Source of the DNA: Luteolibacter sp.
Lineage (GTDB): Bacteria; Verrucomicrobiota; Verrucomicrobiia; Verrucomicrobiales; Akkermansiaceae
NCBI GenBank assembly: GCA_049597355.1
Contig: JBMYMN010000001.1
Span: forward strand, 1 to 39,736
Direction of reading: 5' to 3'
Length of the DNA stretch: 39,736 nucleotides
Shown here: piece after piece, positions 8,384-17,867 of the stretch
Layout: every line of letters starts with the position of its first letter
Numbering within the stretch: position 1 is the first letter of the stretch
Notes under the pieces: generated by a model
Database searches by the model: none
What the model was told of the DNA's origin: nothing
Seen by the model: the letters and a program-made list of their open reading frames with translations, nothing else
Translations under genes and position numbers: made by a program

Positions 8384-9694
8384 ATGAAACTCAAGGATAA
8401 GCGTATTGCCATTCTCGGTGCCGGCCGCAGCGGCCGGGCAGCGGCGAAGCTTGCCCTGAGGGAGGGAGCGAAGGTGTCGGTTTGGGATCAGGCAGGAGAA
8501 GAGGTGTTTACTGGCTTTCCCAACGAGGTGGATATCCACCCGAGAGCGGATGAAGCGGCTGCCAACACCATCGATAGCGAACTCCTAATCGTAAGTCCCG
8601 GCATCGACACCTATGGTTCCTACGCTGCGGCCTACTGTCAGAATGTTAAGGAGGTCATCGGGGAGGTCGAGCTGGCAGCTCGTCTCTATCAGGGACGCAT
8701 GATTGGCATTACCGGTACTAATGGCAAGACAACCACAACGGAATTGGCATCCTGCATGCTCAAGCAGGCTGGCTTGGGTGGGACGGCCTGCGGTAACTAC
8801 GGTCTTCCCTTCTGTGAGGTGCTTCTTCGTGATGATTTACCGCAAGCAGTGGCGCTTGAACTCAGCTCCTTCCAGTTGGAGACCATCGACAGCCTTCGGC
8901 CTAACGTCGCTGTGTGGCTGAACTTCGCTCCAGACCACATGGATCGCTATCCCACAATTGAGGCCTATAAGAGGGCCAAGCTGCGTATCTTCAACAATCT
9001 TTCTGATGGTGATGTGGCTGTGATTCCTGCGGGTGAGTCACTGCCGGATATACCCGCTAAGACTGTAACATTCTCCACCGAGGATGAAAAAGCAGACTGG
9101 TACTCCGATGGTGAAGAGATCCGTCATCACAACGAAGTAGTACTTCATATGGCCGAGGACACCGCGCTTCGTGGCATTCACAATGCAGAAAACCTGATGG
9201 CAGCCATGGCTGCTTGCAGGGCCCTCGATATTCCCTTGGCTGTGATCTGTCAGGCACTGCGCGGATACTCCCCACCCATCCATCGCTGCGAACTCATTCG
9301 CACGCTCGATGGAGTGGAGTATCTCAATGACTCCAAAGCTACCAATGTGCACGCCTTGATCAGTGCAGTAAGGTCGCAGACCAAACCAGTGGTGCTGATC
9401 TGCGGCGGCAAGAACAAAGGACTCGATTACTCCGGCCTCTTGCCGTTGTTGCGCGAAAAGACACTGCTGGTCGTTACTTTCGGTGAGATTGCAGCAACCC
9501 TGGCGAATGCCTTCAATGGAGCCAGTCCATGTGAGCAGGTTGAGACCCTCGCTCAGGCCTTGACGAAGGCCCGTGATCTCGCGCCTCGCGGAAGCGTGGT
9601 GTTACTTTCTCCTGGTACATCCTCTTTTGATCAGTTTTCGGGCTACGAGCAACGTGGCGATTACTTTCGTGAACTGGTGCACCAACTCTCATAA
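8384..9694 (+). CDS. murD: UDP-MurNAc-L-Ala--D-Glu ligase MurD
   Basis: ILGAGRSG, VSPGI, GITGTNGKTTTT, LELSSFQL, DHMDRY, NDSKATN, LSPGTSSFDQF. Start ATG 8384. Confidence 0.96.
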   Translation: MKLKDKRIAILGAGRSGRAAAKLALREGAKVSVWDQAGEEVFTGFPNEVDIHPRADEAAANTIDSELLIVSPGIDTYGSYAAAYCQNVKEVIGEVELAARLYQGRMIGITGTNGKTTTTELASCMLKQAGLGGTACGNYGLPFCEVLLRDDLPQAVALELSSFQLETIDSLRPNVAVWLNFAPDHMDRYPTIEAYKRAKLRIFNNLSDGDVAVIPAGESLPDIPAKTVTFSTEDEKADWYSDGEEIRHHNEVVLHMAEDTALRGIHNAENLMAAMAACRALDIPLAVICQALRGYSPPIHRCELIRTLDGVEYLNDSKATNVHALISAVRSQTKPVVLICGGKNKGLDYSGLLPLLREKTLLVVTFGEIAATLANAFNGASPCEQVETLAQALTKARDLAPRGSVVLLSPGTSSFDQFSGYEQRGDYFRELVHQLS

Positions 9695-9726
9695 TCTAAC
9701 AGAAACAGTAACAGATACTACATACA

Positions 9727-10548
9727 ATGAAAATCAAAACTCTACCTACCAAACGCAAAGCCGTCACCAAGGGTGTCTTCCGTAAGCTCCAAGCGGTGAC
9801 CCAAGGACGTCGGCGTAAACAGCGAGCCGCCACTACCACAAACGCTCGTGATTTTGAGGATGGTCAGGCCAGTGCGCGCATTGGTCGTGCCCTTTTTGTC
9901 ATTCTGCTCATCCATGTCTTGGCGGTGGCAATGATCTTTGTGCATCACCAATTCCTCAGCGATCGTTCAATGGGGGAGGATGTGGCTTCCAAGCCGACAG
10001 TTCACACGAAGATGGTCCCAGCGACTTCACCTCAACCTGTTCCGGCTTCCGGTGTGATCCATTCACAGATGGCTCCCGACGAGACGCCCTACATCGTGAG
10101 TCAGGGTGAAAGTTACTCCAGCATCGCCGCCGCTCATCAGATTTCAGAGGAGGACCTACGCGAACTCAATGGGAACGCCGCCATCCGTCCAGGTTACCTG
10201 CTCAAGATTCCGGTCAAGCGGGTAGTCATCAAGACGCCCCAATCGCAGCAAACAGCTCAGTTAGTCATGGTTAAGCCCCGGCAGCCCGCTTCTCAGTCCA
10301 CAACTCCGATTGCAGCATCTCCGATACCCGCACGTGATCAGGGCCTTGTCGAGGCCGTCGACACCCAGAATGCTCCTCGTGCCGTGCCGGTGAATACCAA
10401 TAGTGGTGGCAAGTATATCGTCAAGAAGGGCGATACGGTATGGGGTATCGCCAGCCGCCATGGGGTGAATCAGACGAAGCTGATGGAAGTCAATGGTATC
10501 TCCGATCCACGAAAACTACGTCTGGGTATGTCACTCAGAATTCCCTGA
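9727..10548 (+). CDS. Membrane-anchored protein with two LysM peptidoglycan-binding domains
   Basis: Basic N-terminal tail, one TM helix (ALFVILLIHVLAVAMIFV), Pro/Ser/Thr linkers, LysM repeats YIVSQGESYSSIA...LKIP and YIVKKGDTVWGIA...LRIP. Confidence 0.9.
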   Translation: MKIKTLPTKRKAVTKGVFRKLQAVTQGRRRKQRAATTTNARDFEDGQASARIGRALFVILLIHVLAVAMIFVHHQFLSDRSMGEDVASKPTVHTKMVPATSPQPVPASGVIHSQMAPDETPYIVSQGESYSSIAAAHQISEEDLRELNGNAAIRPGYLLKIPVKRVVIKTPQSQQTAQLVMVKPRQPASQSTTPIAASPIPARDQGLVEAVDTQNAPRAVPVNTNSGGKYIVKKGDTVWGIASRHGVNQTKLMEVNGISDPRKLRLGMSLRIP

Positions 10549-10584
10549 CAGTTCCAGCCCCAATCCTTCGTACTTTTCACCAAC

Positions 10585-11733
10585 ATGGCACGGCATTATT
10601 CCATCATTCTCTGCATTGCAGTCGCCTCTTTGGTCGGCCTTGGTTTGGTGATGCTTGCGAGTACAAGTGCCTGGGTCAGCGGGCTCCAGAATCCATACTA
10701 TTTTCTCAATCGGCAGGCCTATTATGTCATCGGCGGATTGGTCATCGCGATCTTTGCGGCCCTGACGCCGATCGAGCGCTTTCGCAAATATTCACCATGG
10801 TTTTTGGGAGTTGTCTGCGTTATGCTATTGCTGTGTTTTGTTCCCGGGATTGGTATTGAGGAGCATGGCTCCAAGCGATGGATCCGTATGCCCGTAATCA
10901 GCCAGTTTCAGCCTTCCGAGTTGGCAAAGGTCGTAGTGGTGGTCTGGTTGGCGAGTTGGTTTGCCCGTTGGCAATCTGAAGCACACACTTTTTGGCGCGG
11001 CTTCGTCGTGCCTGGTATGATCATTGCAGTTCCGCTTGGTCTTATTGCTTGCGAGACCGATGTTGGGTCGGCCATGACCCTGTCGGTAACTTGCGGTGCC
11101 ATCTTTTTCTGCATGGGATCTCGTTTGGTCTATATGGTGCCCACCACCATTGCTGCCTGCGGAGCAATCTATTGGTATTTGGTAAACAATGCGAACCGCT
11201 GGGGACGAATCGAGGCTTGGTTAGATTTGGAGAATCCGGTGCATCAACTTGACCGTGGCATGCAGCAATGGCGCGCGTTACTGGCTCTTGGTAATGGAGG
11301 CCCGACCGGGGTCGGTCTTGGCAACGGAGTGGAAAAATTTGGAACACTGACCTTTGCTCACATTGATTTCATCTTTCCAGTCATTGGTGAGGAACTCGGA
11401 CTTGCATGCACTTTGGTTGTGGTTTTGCTCTATTTCATGATCGCTATTGCTGGTTGTGGGATTGCAATGCAGGCCAACAGTGTCTTTAACCGTTGCCTGG
11501 CGCTTGGTTTGACTTGCCTGATCGTAATACCTGCAATCCAAAATATCGGTGTGACCACGGCTCTGCTTCCCAACGATGGTCTGCCACTGCCTTTTGTCAG
11601 TTTCGGCGGTACTAGTCTGGTCTTGAGCTTGGCTGCAGTTGGTATGCTAGTCGGTATTCACCGTCGTTCTCACGTGAAACCAGTTCGTGAATTTCCACTG
11701 AAATCGGAGAAGCGTCTGGCAGTACGCTTGTGA
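10585..11733 (+). CDS. ftsW: SEDS peptidoglycan glycosyltransferase FtsW
   Basis: GSKRWI, QFQPSELAK, AHIDFIFPVIGEELG, GLPLPFVSFGGTS; about 10 TM helices; dcw position. Confidence 0.94.
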   Translation: MARHYSIILCIAVASLVGLGLVMLASTSAWVSGLQNPYYFLNRQAYYVIGGLVIAIFAALTPIERFRKYSPWFLGVVCVMLLLCFVPGIGIEEHGSKRWIRMPVISQFQPSELAKVVVVVWLASWFARWQSEAHTFWRGFVVPGMIIAVPLGLIACETDVGSAMTLSVTCGAIFFCMGSRLVYMVPTTIAACGAIYWYLVNNANRWGRIEAWLDLENPVHQLDRGMQQWRALLALGNGGPTGVGLGNGVEKFGTLTFAHIDFIFPVIGEELGLACTLVVVLLYFMIAIAGCGIAMQANSVFNRCLALGLTCLIVIPAIQNIGVTTALLPNDGLPLPFVSFGGTSLVLSLAAVGMLVGIHRRSHVKPVREFPLKSEKRLAVRL

Positions 11734-11769
11734 GTATTGTCTGAAGATCACAGGTGTCTAAAAAGTAAG

Positions 11770-12350
11770 ATGAGCCGCGTTCTGGTAGTGGATGTGCCTA
11801 CCTAACAAGATGAATGAAATGAGGTCAGCCAATGCCTTTGTATTCTTTTTTGTAGTAGTGGCGGATGCCAACGGTAAATGAGAGTTGTGAACATTGGATC
11901 GCACTTCTTTTGGTAGTGCGCTGCAGGACACCAAGCATCCCTTGCTGAAAGAAGATTTCTCACAGTGAACAAGGGAAGTCGGCAGAAGTTATCGCAATGT
12001 CGCGATCTCTACCACGGGCTATGGTGATATTATTGGGGAAAAGCACTCATGGACTCGTCATAATCTTGGCTATGATGATCGTGCTATTGACGCTTGTTAC
12101 ACTTTTGCAATGGATCGTTAAGCTAGCGACTGATTTCTCATTTGTGCAGTAGCTTAAAAGCGGTTTCGTTGTGTAAGTCCGCACAGTATGTCGCCACATG
12201 CGAGCAGGCGATGTGTCTGTTGCAGGCCACATGTATGCACATGGTCTGGACGGCTTCAGTATTGGCTTAGAAGAATTCAGCAAAGCTGAGTCAAGCAATA
12301 GAGAATTGGTTGGTCTCGATGAATTTAGGATATGCCATCAAAGCCTGCCA
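11770..12350 (+). pseudogene. Probable decayed response-regulator receiver + Hpt-like gene
   Basis: Fragments in three frames with internal stops: MSRVLVVD (11770); VVVADANGK*EL*TLDRTSFGSALQDTKHP...REVGRSYRNVAISTTGYGDI (11852-12031), with receiver-domain motif spacing; KLATDFSFVQ*LKSGF...AGD...AHGLDGFSIGLEEFS (12120-12281), resembling an Hpt His helix. Recognised by eye only. Confidence 0.5.
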
Positions 12351-12393
12351 GAAAGACACTCAAGTAAAAATGAAAATGGACGGTGGTGGTATG

Positions 12394-12434
12394 TTGACAA
12401 AACCTTGGAGCTTGAACAGTCTCGCGAAGTTCAA
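12394..12434 (+). promoter_or_regulatory. Putative sigma70 promoter of the pilB/gspE operon, with an overlapping inverted repeat
   Basis: TTGACA (12394-12399), 17 nt, CAGTCT (12417-12422). TTGAAC-N11-GTTCAA (12412-12434) overlaps the -10 element. Confidence 0.45.
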
Positions 12435-12488
12435 TTCGACTCTATGAGCTGGAGCGACTGAATCAAACCCTTGCCCAGACAAAGCCCC

Positions 12489-14165
12489 GTGTTTTCTAAC
12501 GAAGATTATCTTGCCCAACTGCTGGTCGAGGCTGGCCTAGTAACTGCGGAACAAGTAGAATCAGCAAAGAACTCTCTCGCGGGTGGCTTGTCTGTCATCG
12601 ATGCCCTGCTCAACTCTGCCACGCTCGGTCAGGAAGACCTTGCCAATACGCTCGCGCTGAATGCGGGTATGGATTTCGTGTCTCTTAAAGATTCAGAAAT
12701 TGATCCCTCATTGGTTGAGCAAATTCCGGCTGAAATCGCCCAGCGATTCCTGTGTATCCCGATGAAGGACGATGGCCTGACCCTCAGGGTGGCCATCGCG
12801 GATCCTCTCAATTTCGAAACCCTCGACAGTTTGCCGACGATCGTGGGCCGCGAGTTGGATTTTGCTTGTGCCACAATCAATGACATCAGTGAGCATCTTT
12901 CTGAGTTATACTCGGTCGAAGGCCCAGCAACGCGAAAGCAGGATGGTATTCTAGTCAATTCCACCGATGAGGAAGACGGCAGCGAGCGCGAAGATGCCCC
13001 AATTATTCGTTTGGTAATGCACATGCTCACTGAGGCGATGCGCATGAAAGCATCGGACATTCACATTGAGCCGCTCGAAACTTCTGTCCGCATTCGCTAT
13101 CGTCTCGATGGCAAGTTGGTGCATACGGACAGTCATCCCAAAAAGCTTCTACCCTCTATCATTGCCCGCCTCAAAGTGATGAGTGGCACCATGTCCATCG
13201 CGGAAAAACGTCTTCCGCAGGATGGCCGTATTCAGCTTAAGATGGGTGATAAGGATGTTGACCTCCGTGTTTCGTCGGTCCCTTCCAATCATGGCGAGTC
13301 CATTGTCATGCGTATTCTCGATAAGACGGCCTTATTACTTGGTTTGCCTGAACTCGGCTTTTTCTCCGACGACCAGCAGAGCTTTGAGCAACTGCTCGGG
13401 CTTCCCGACGGTATCTTGCTGGTCACAGGCCCCACCGGTTCGGGCAAGACCACCACGCTCTATGCCTGCCTCAACGTCATCAACAAGCCTGACAAAAAGA
13501 TTATCACCGTTGAGGATCCGGTAGAATATGAACTTGCTGGCATCAACCAGGTAATGGTGAAGACCGACATTGGTATGAGCTTCGCTGCCGCACTCCGCGC
13601 GATGCTGCGTCAAGCGCCCAATATCATCATGGTGGGTGAGATTCGGGATGTTGAGACTGCCAATATCGCAATCAATGCCTCACTCACCGGTCACTTGGTA
13701 TTCTCAACTCTTCACACCAACGATGCTCCTTCAGCAGTTGCGCGTCTCTCAGATATTGGCGTGAAACCCTTCCTGATTGCCTCCGCAGTACGTGCTGTTT
13801 TAGCTCAGCGTCTGGTGCGTAAGCTCTGCCCGATCTGCAAAGCACCGGCTGAACTCACTGACAAGGAGTTACGCGCACTTTCCCTTGATCCTTCGCGTAT
13901 CGTCGATGCCGAGATTCATGGGCCGGTTGGTTGTGATCGTTGTCGTGGTCAGGGATTCAAGGGGCGGATGGGTATTTTCGAGATGTTTTCGGTCGATGAT
14001 GAAGTTCGCCAGATGATCAACTCTAACCTAACCACCGGCCAGCTCCGCCGTCGTGCCCGTGAACTTGGGATGCGCACCCTCCGGGAAGACGGCATCCGCA
14101 AACTCCTTGCAGGGATGACCTCGGCCGATGAAGTCATCCACGCTACCATGTCCGATATGGACTGA
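12489..14165 (+). CDS. GspE/PilB family secretion/pilus assembly ATPase (copy 1)
   Basis: ASDIHIEP, IAEKRLPQDGR, Walker A GPTGSGKTT, VEDPVEY, LRQAPNIIMVGEIRD, TGHLVFSTLHTND, CxxC...CxxC. Start GTG 12489 or TTG 12471. Confidence 0.95.
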   Translation: MFSNEDYLAQLLVEAGLVTAEQVESAKNSLAGGLSVIDALLNSATLGQEDLANTLALNAGMDFVSLKDSEIDPSLVEQIPAEIAQRFLCIPMKDDGLTLRVAIADPLNFETLDSLPTIVGRELDFACATINDISEHLSELYSVEGPATRKQDGILVNSTDEEDGSEREDAPIIRLVMHMLTEAMRMKASDIHIEPLETSVRIRYRLDGKLVHTDSHPKKLLPSIIARLKVMSGTMSIAEKRLPQDGRIQLKMGDKDVDLRVSSVPSNHGESIVMRILDKTALLLGLPELGFFSDDQQSFEQLLGLPDGILLVTGPTGSGKTTTLYACLNVINKPDKKIITVEDPVEYELAGINQVMVKTDIGMSFAAALRAMLRQAPNIIMVGEIRDVETANIAINASLTGHLVFSTLHTNDAPSAVARLSDIGVKPFLIASAVRAVLAQRLVRKLCPICKAPAELTDKELRALSLDPSRIVDAEIHGPVGCDRCRGQGFKGRMGIFEMFSVDDEVRQMINSNLTTGQLRRRARELGMRTLREDGIRKLLAGMTSADEVIHATMSDMD

Positions 14166-14227
14166 TCGCATTATCGTTTGCTTTTTTCTATCTGCCTTAG
14201 CCCGACCACCACTTACTCACCCACCAT

Positions 14228-15898
14228 ATGGATAACCAACAGATCATCGATCTCTTCCAGTCACGCGGTCTCGTCGACCCCTCGCTGGCGCAGGATATCT
14301 TGGCTGAGGTTGAGCAAAGTGGCAAAGAGATTGGCGAGATCCTCGCTGATTTTGAAGTGGTTCAGCACCGCGATGACATTTGGCCGATTGTGGCGACCGA
14401 ATTGGGAACGGAAGTAGTGGATATTCGTGACTGGCATCCTGCTGACGCTTTACTTGCATTGGTTCCTGCAGGCACTGCCCGTCTACACGGAGCGCTACCT
14501 GTTAAATTCGATGATGATGGATTGAGTGTCGCTCTAGTTGATCCGCTCAACCCTCAGGTGTTAGAAGATCTCCGGTTCGCCTTGGAACGCGATATCCGCA
14601 TCGTGGTGGCTCCTGATTACCTCGTCGAATCCAAGATCAACGAGTGCTACGGCGGTGAGGGTAAGGCGATGCAGGATATCCTTAGTCAGTTCGAGCTAAG
14701 TTCCATCGACCTCAGTGATCAGGACCTCGAGAACGAGGTCAATTCCGCTCCAATCATCCGCTACGTCGACCTCGTCCTATATCAGGCAATTAAGGAGAAG
14801 GCCTCAGATATTCACTTCGAGCCTTTTGAAGATGACTTCAAGATTCGCTATCGGGTTGATGGCGCGCTCTATGAAATGGCGCCGCCGCCAGTGCACTTGG
14901 CTATGCCAATCATTTCCCGTGTCAAGGTGATGGCCAACATGAACATTGCCGAGCGGCGGGTTCCTCAAGACGGCCGCATCGTCAAGCAGGTTGGTGAGAA
15001 GCATGTGGACATGCGCGTGTCCTCATTGCCCACGATCTACGGTGAATCCATTGTGTTGCGGGTGCTCGACCGCGCCTCGGTCAACCTCTCTCTAGACAAC
15101 CTCGGCTTGCCCAACCACATCTACGATTATATCTCGGATACCATCGAGAAGCCCAATGGTATCTTTATCGTCACTGGTCCCACTGGTGCGGGCAAAACCA
15201 CCACTCTTTACGCCGCTCTGCGCCGAATTAACACCATCGATTCCAAACTTCTCACTGCCGAAGATCCGGTGGAATACGATATCGATGGCATTGTGCAAAT
15301 TCCAGTCAATGAGGCCATCGGCTTGACCTTCCCGGGCGTGTTGCGTGCCTTCCTTCGACAGGACCCAGACCGCATCATGGTCGGAGAAATGCGAGATAAA
15401 GATACCGCTGCCATTGGTATTCAGGCCGCGCTTACTGGTCACTTGGTGCTTTCCACCCTTCACACCAACGACGCGCCGGGGGCGGTCACCCGTCTTCTTG
15501 ATATGGGATGCGAGCCCTTCCTTGTGGCTGCTTCTTTGGAAGGCGTTCTGGCTCAGCGTCTTGTTCGTAGCATCTGTCCGGACTGCAAGTCCGCCTATGA
15601 GCCGACTGAAGCTATTCTCAGCCAACTTGGTGTTTCCGCTCACGAATTAGGCGACAAAGAGTTCTACACGGGTGCGGGCTGCGACAGTTGTGGCCAGACG
15701 GGCTATCGCGGACGTCAGGGCCTCTATGAACTGCTCGACATCAACGACACCTTGAGGGAACTCATCACCAGTCGTGCCCCGACCGTTGTGATTAAGCAGA
15801 AAGCCATTGAATTGGGTATGAACACCCTCCGCGAAGATGGCCTGCGCAATATTTATCTCGGCAACACAACCATTGAAGAAGTATTGAAGTATACCTGA
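14228..15898 (+). CDS. GspE/PilB family secretion/pilus assembly ATPase (copy 2)
   Basis: ASDIHFEP, IAERRVPQDGR, GPTGAGKTT, AEDPVEY, LRQDPDRIMVGEMRD, TGHLVLSTLHTND, CxxC...CxxC. Confidence 0.95.
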   Translation: MDNQQIIDLFQSRGLVDPSLAQDILAEVEQSGKEIGEILADFEVVQHRDDIWPIVATELGTEVVDIRDWHPADALLALVPAGTARLHGALPVKFDDDGLSVALVDPLNPQVLEDLRFALERDIRIVVAPDYLVESKINECYGGEGKAMQDILSQFELSSIDLSDQDLENEVNSAPIIRYVDLVLYQAIKEKASDIHFEPFEDDFKIRYRVDGALYEMAPPPVHLAMPIISRVKVMANMNIAERRVPQDGRIVKQVGEKHVDMRVSSLPTIYGESIVLRVLDRASVNLSLDNLGLPNHIYDYISDTIEKPNGIFIVTGPTGAGKTTTLYAALRRINTIDSKLLTAEDPVEYDIDGIVQIPVNEAIGLTFPGVLRAFLRQDPDRIMVGEMRDKDTAAIGIQAALTGHLVLSTLHTNDAPGAVTRLLDMGCEPFLVAASLEGVLAQRLVRSICPDCKSAYEPTEAILSQLGVSAHELGDKEFYTGAGCDSCGQTGYRGRQGLYELLDINDTLRELITSRAPTVVIKQKAIELGMNTLREDGLRNIYLGNTTIEEVLKYT

Positions 15899-15961
15899 TG
15901 GTGATTAAACTAATAATTCTCCATACTGCCCTTTACAAAACCCCGCCCAATCTGACTAGTC

Positions 15962-17254
15962 ATGGCAACATTCCAATACATTGCTCTCGATGCCAAAGGA
16001 GAGCAAAGCGCTGATACAATCGAAGCCTCATCAGAAGCTGAAGCCATTCAACATTTGCGCGCCAATGGCCTCTATCCCACCCACATCCAGGAAGAGGGCA
16101 AGGCAGCCAAACCCAGTAAGGCAGCGACAGCCAGTAAGCGCAAACAGAAGGCCGGCGCCAAACCAGCTGCGCTCAAGGGCCAGTTTGGACTTAAAGTGAA
16201 GCCCAAGAACTTGATGATTTTTACGCGCCAGTTGGCAACTCTCATTGATTCTGGTTTGCCACTTGTGCGTAGTCTGACCGTGCTTGAGAAGCAAGAGCCC
16301 AACGCATTGCTCAAGCACACTGTCAATCAGCTCGCCGATAACGTTCAGGGCGGTTCGACCTTCTCAGAGTCACTTGCCCAACACCCTAGCATCTTTAACA
16401 AGCTTTATGTCAACATGGTCAAAGCTGGTGAGCTTGGCGGTGTGCTCGAGTTGGTTTTAACCCGTCTTGCGGAATATCAGGAAAAAGCTCAGAAGCTGAA
16501 AAACAAGATCGTATCGGCCATGGTTTACCCCATCATCGTGATGCTGATTGCGGTCGGCATCTTGGTGTTCCTGATGATTTTCATCGTTCCCAAGTTCAAG
16601 GAGATGTTCAACGAGAACGACCAAACCTTGCCGCTGATCTCTCGAATTGTTTTCGGCGCGTCTGAATTTTGTCTGCAGCGGGCGGTTCTCGGTCTGCCCA
16701 ATATCGTTTTCGTATTGATAGGTCTGTTTGTGATCTACTTTTTGATGACTCTTTGGGGGAAAACCAAGGGCGGCCGCTATGTTGTCGATTCCATGAAACT
16801 CAAAATGCCCGTCATCGGCGACCTTCAGCGCAAGAGTTCAGTGGCCAGATTTTCCCGTACTCTCGGCACCTTGGTGACGTCCGGGGTACCTATTCTTCAG
16901 GCTCTTAATATCACGCGCGATACAGCTGGTAACGTTGTCTTATCAGATGCAATCGAGAAAGTTCACGAAGCGGTCAAGGAGGGTGAAAGCATCGTGGCGC
17001 CGCTTCAGGCATCGGGCGTATTTCCCAATATGGTGATCTCCATGGTTGATGTGGGTGAGGAAACCGGCCAATTGCCAGAGATGCTTTTGAAAGTTGCGGA
17101 TGTTTACGATGACGAAGTCGATTCTGCAGTAGCTGCGCTAACCTCAATTCTAGAGCCGATCATGATCGTGGTGCTCGCCTTGGTGGTTGGATCCGTGGTG
17201 TTCGCACTGTTCCTGCCACTGATCAAGATGGTATCCAGCATGGGCGAAGGTTGA
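15962..17254 (+). CDS. GspF/PilC family inner-membrane platform protein
   Basis: FTRQLATLIDSGLPL, MVKAGELGGVL, AMVYP, FSRTLGTLVTSGVP, VGEETGQL, LEPIMIV; three TM helices. Confidence 0.95.
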   Translation: MATFQYIALDAKGEQSADTIEASSEAEAIQHLRANGLYPTHIQEEGKAAKPSKAATASKRKQKAGAKPAALKGQFGLKVKPKNLMIFTRQLATLIDSGLPLVRSLTVLEKQEPNALLKHTVNQLADNVQGGSTFSESLAQHPSIFNKLYVNMVKAGELGGVLELVLTRLAEYQEKAQKLKNKIVSAMVYPIIVMLIAVGILVFLMIFIVPKFKEMFNENDQTLPLISRIVFGASEFCLQRAVLGLPNIVFVLIGLFVIYFLMTLWGKTKGGRYVVDSMKLKMPVIGDLQRKSSVARFSRTLGTLVTSGVPILQALNITRDTAGNVVLSDAIEKVHEAVKEGESIVAPLQASGVFPNMVISMVDVGEETGQLPEMLLKVADVYDDEVDSAVAALTSILEPIMIVVLALVVGSVVFALFLPLIKMVSSMGEG

Positions 17255-17285
17255 TGTCGCCAGTCAAATACGCTATCTTATCAGT

Positions 17286-17849
17286 ATGAATCGAAAAGTC
17301 GAGGTGTCCCAGCGTGGCTTTACGCTGATCGAGATGATGACGGTGATTACCATCATCGTGATTCTCGCTGGTATCACGGTGGCAGGTATGAGCTACATCA
17401 CTGACAAGCAGGCCAATGCCAAGGCCAAGGTTGATATCGAACTGCTCTCTAGTGCTATCGAGAAATATAAACTCGATTATGGTGACTATCCGGGATTCGC
17501 TGAAAATACAGATCCCGCAGGTGACATCAGTGAGGAGCTATACAATGCCTTGTTTTACGATGGATGGAACTACAAGGAGAACGAGGTGGGTGATGAAACC
17601 GACATCTACCTTAAGGAACTAGATCCCCGCAGCGGCAAGCAGACATGGGTCGCCAAGACCAATAGCAATCAACCTCCCATGGACCTGAAAATTACCGATC
17701 CTTGGAGCCGCACCTACCGCTATCGCAAGGGTCTTGATGCCCAAAATCCAGACTTTGATCTATGGTCTATGGGGAAAGATGGTACCAGCAACTTCACCAA
17801 CCCCGACAAGTCGGATCCGGACAACAAGGATGACATACGCAACTTTTGA
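17286..17849 (+). CDS. GspG-like pseudopilin
   Basis: Class III signal QRG|FTLIEMM with Glu+5; C-terminal DPWSRTYRY and DLWSMGKDG motifs typical of GspG. Confidence 0.88.
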   Translation: MNRKVEVSQRGFTLIEMMTVITIIVILAGITVAGMSYITDKQANAKAKVDIELLSSAIEKYKLDYGDYPGFAENTDPAGDISEELYNALFYDGWNYKENEVGDETDIYLKELDPRSGKQTWVAKTNSNQPPMDLKITDPWSRTYRYRKGLDAQNPDFDLWSMGKDGTSNFTNPDKSDPDNKDDIRNF

Positions 17850-17867
17850 TGTAGTTGGTCTGACCTG

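Noticed and set aside
11783-11918. Three GTAGTG-containing words as a CRISPR-like or iteron repeat
   Set aside because: Only 6-9 nt of identity, with irregular spacing (70 and 58 nt) and no cas genes.
11997-12152. Small hydrophobic ORF (M)VILLGKSTHGLVIILAMMIVLLTLVTLLQWIVKLATDFSFVQ, superficially PilX-like
   Set aside because: It overlaps the receiver/Hpt remnant, has no clear RBS, and T-rich DNA readily gives hydrophobic shadows. Ribosome profiling could revive it.
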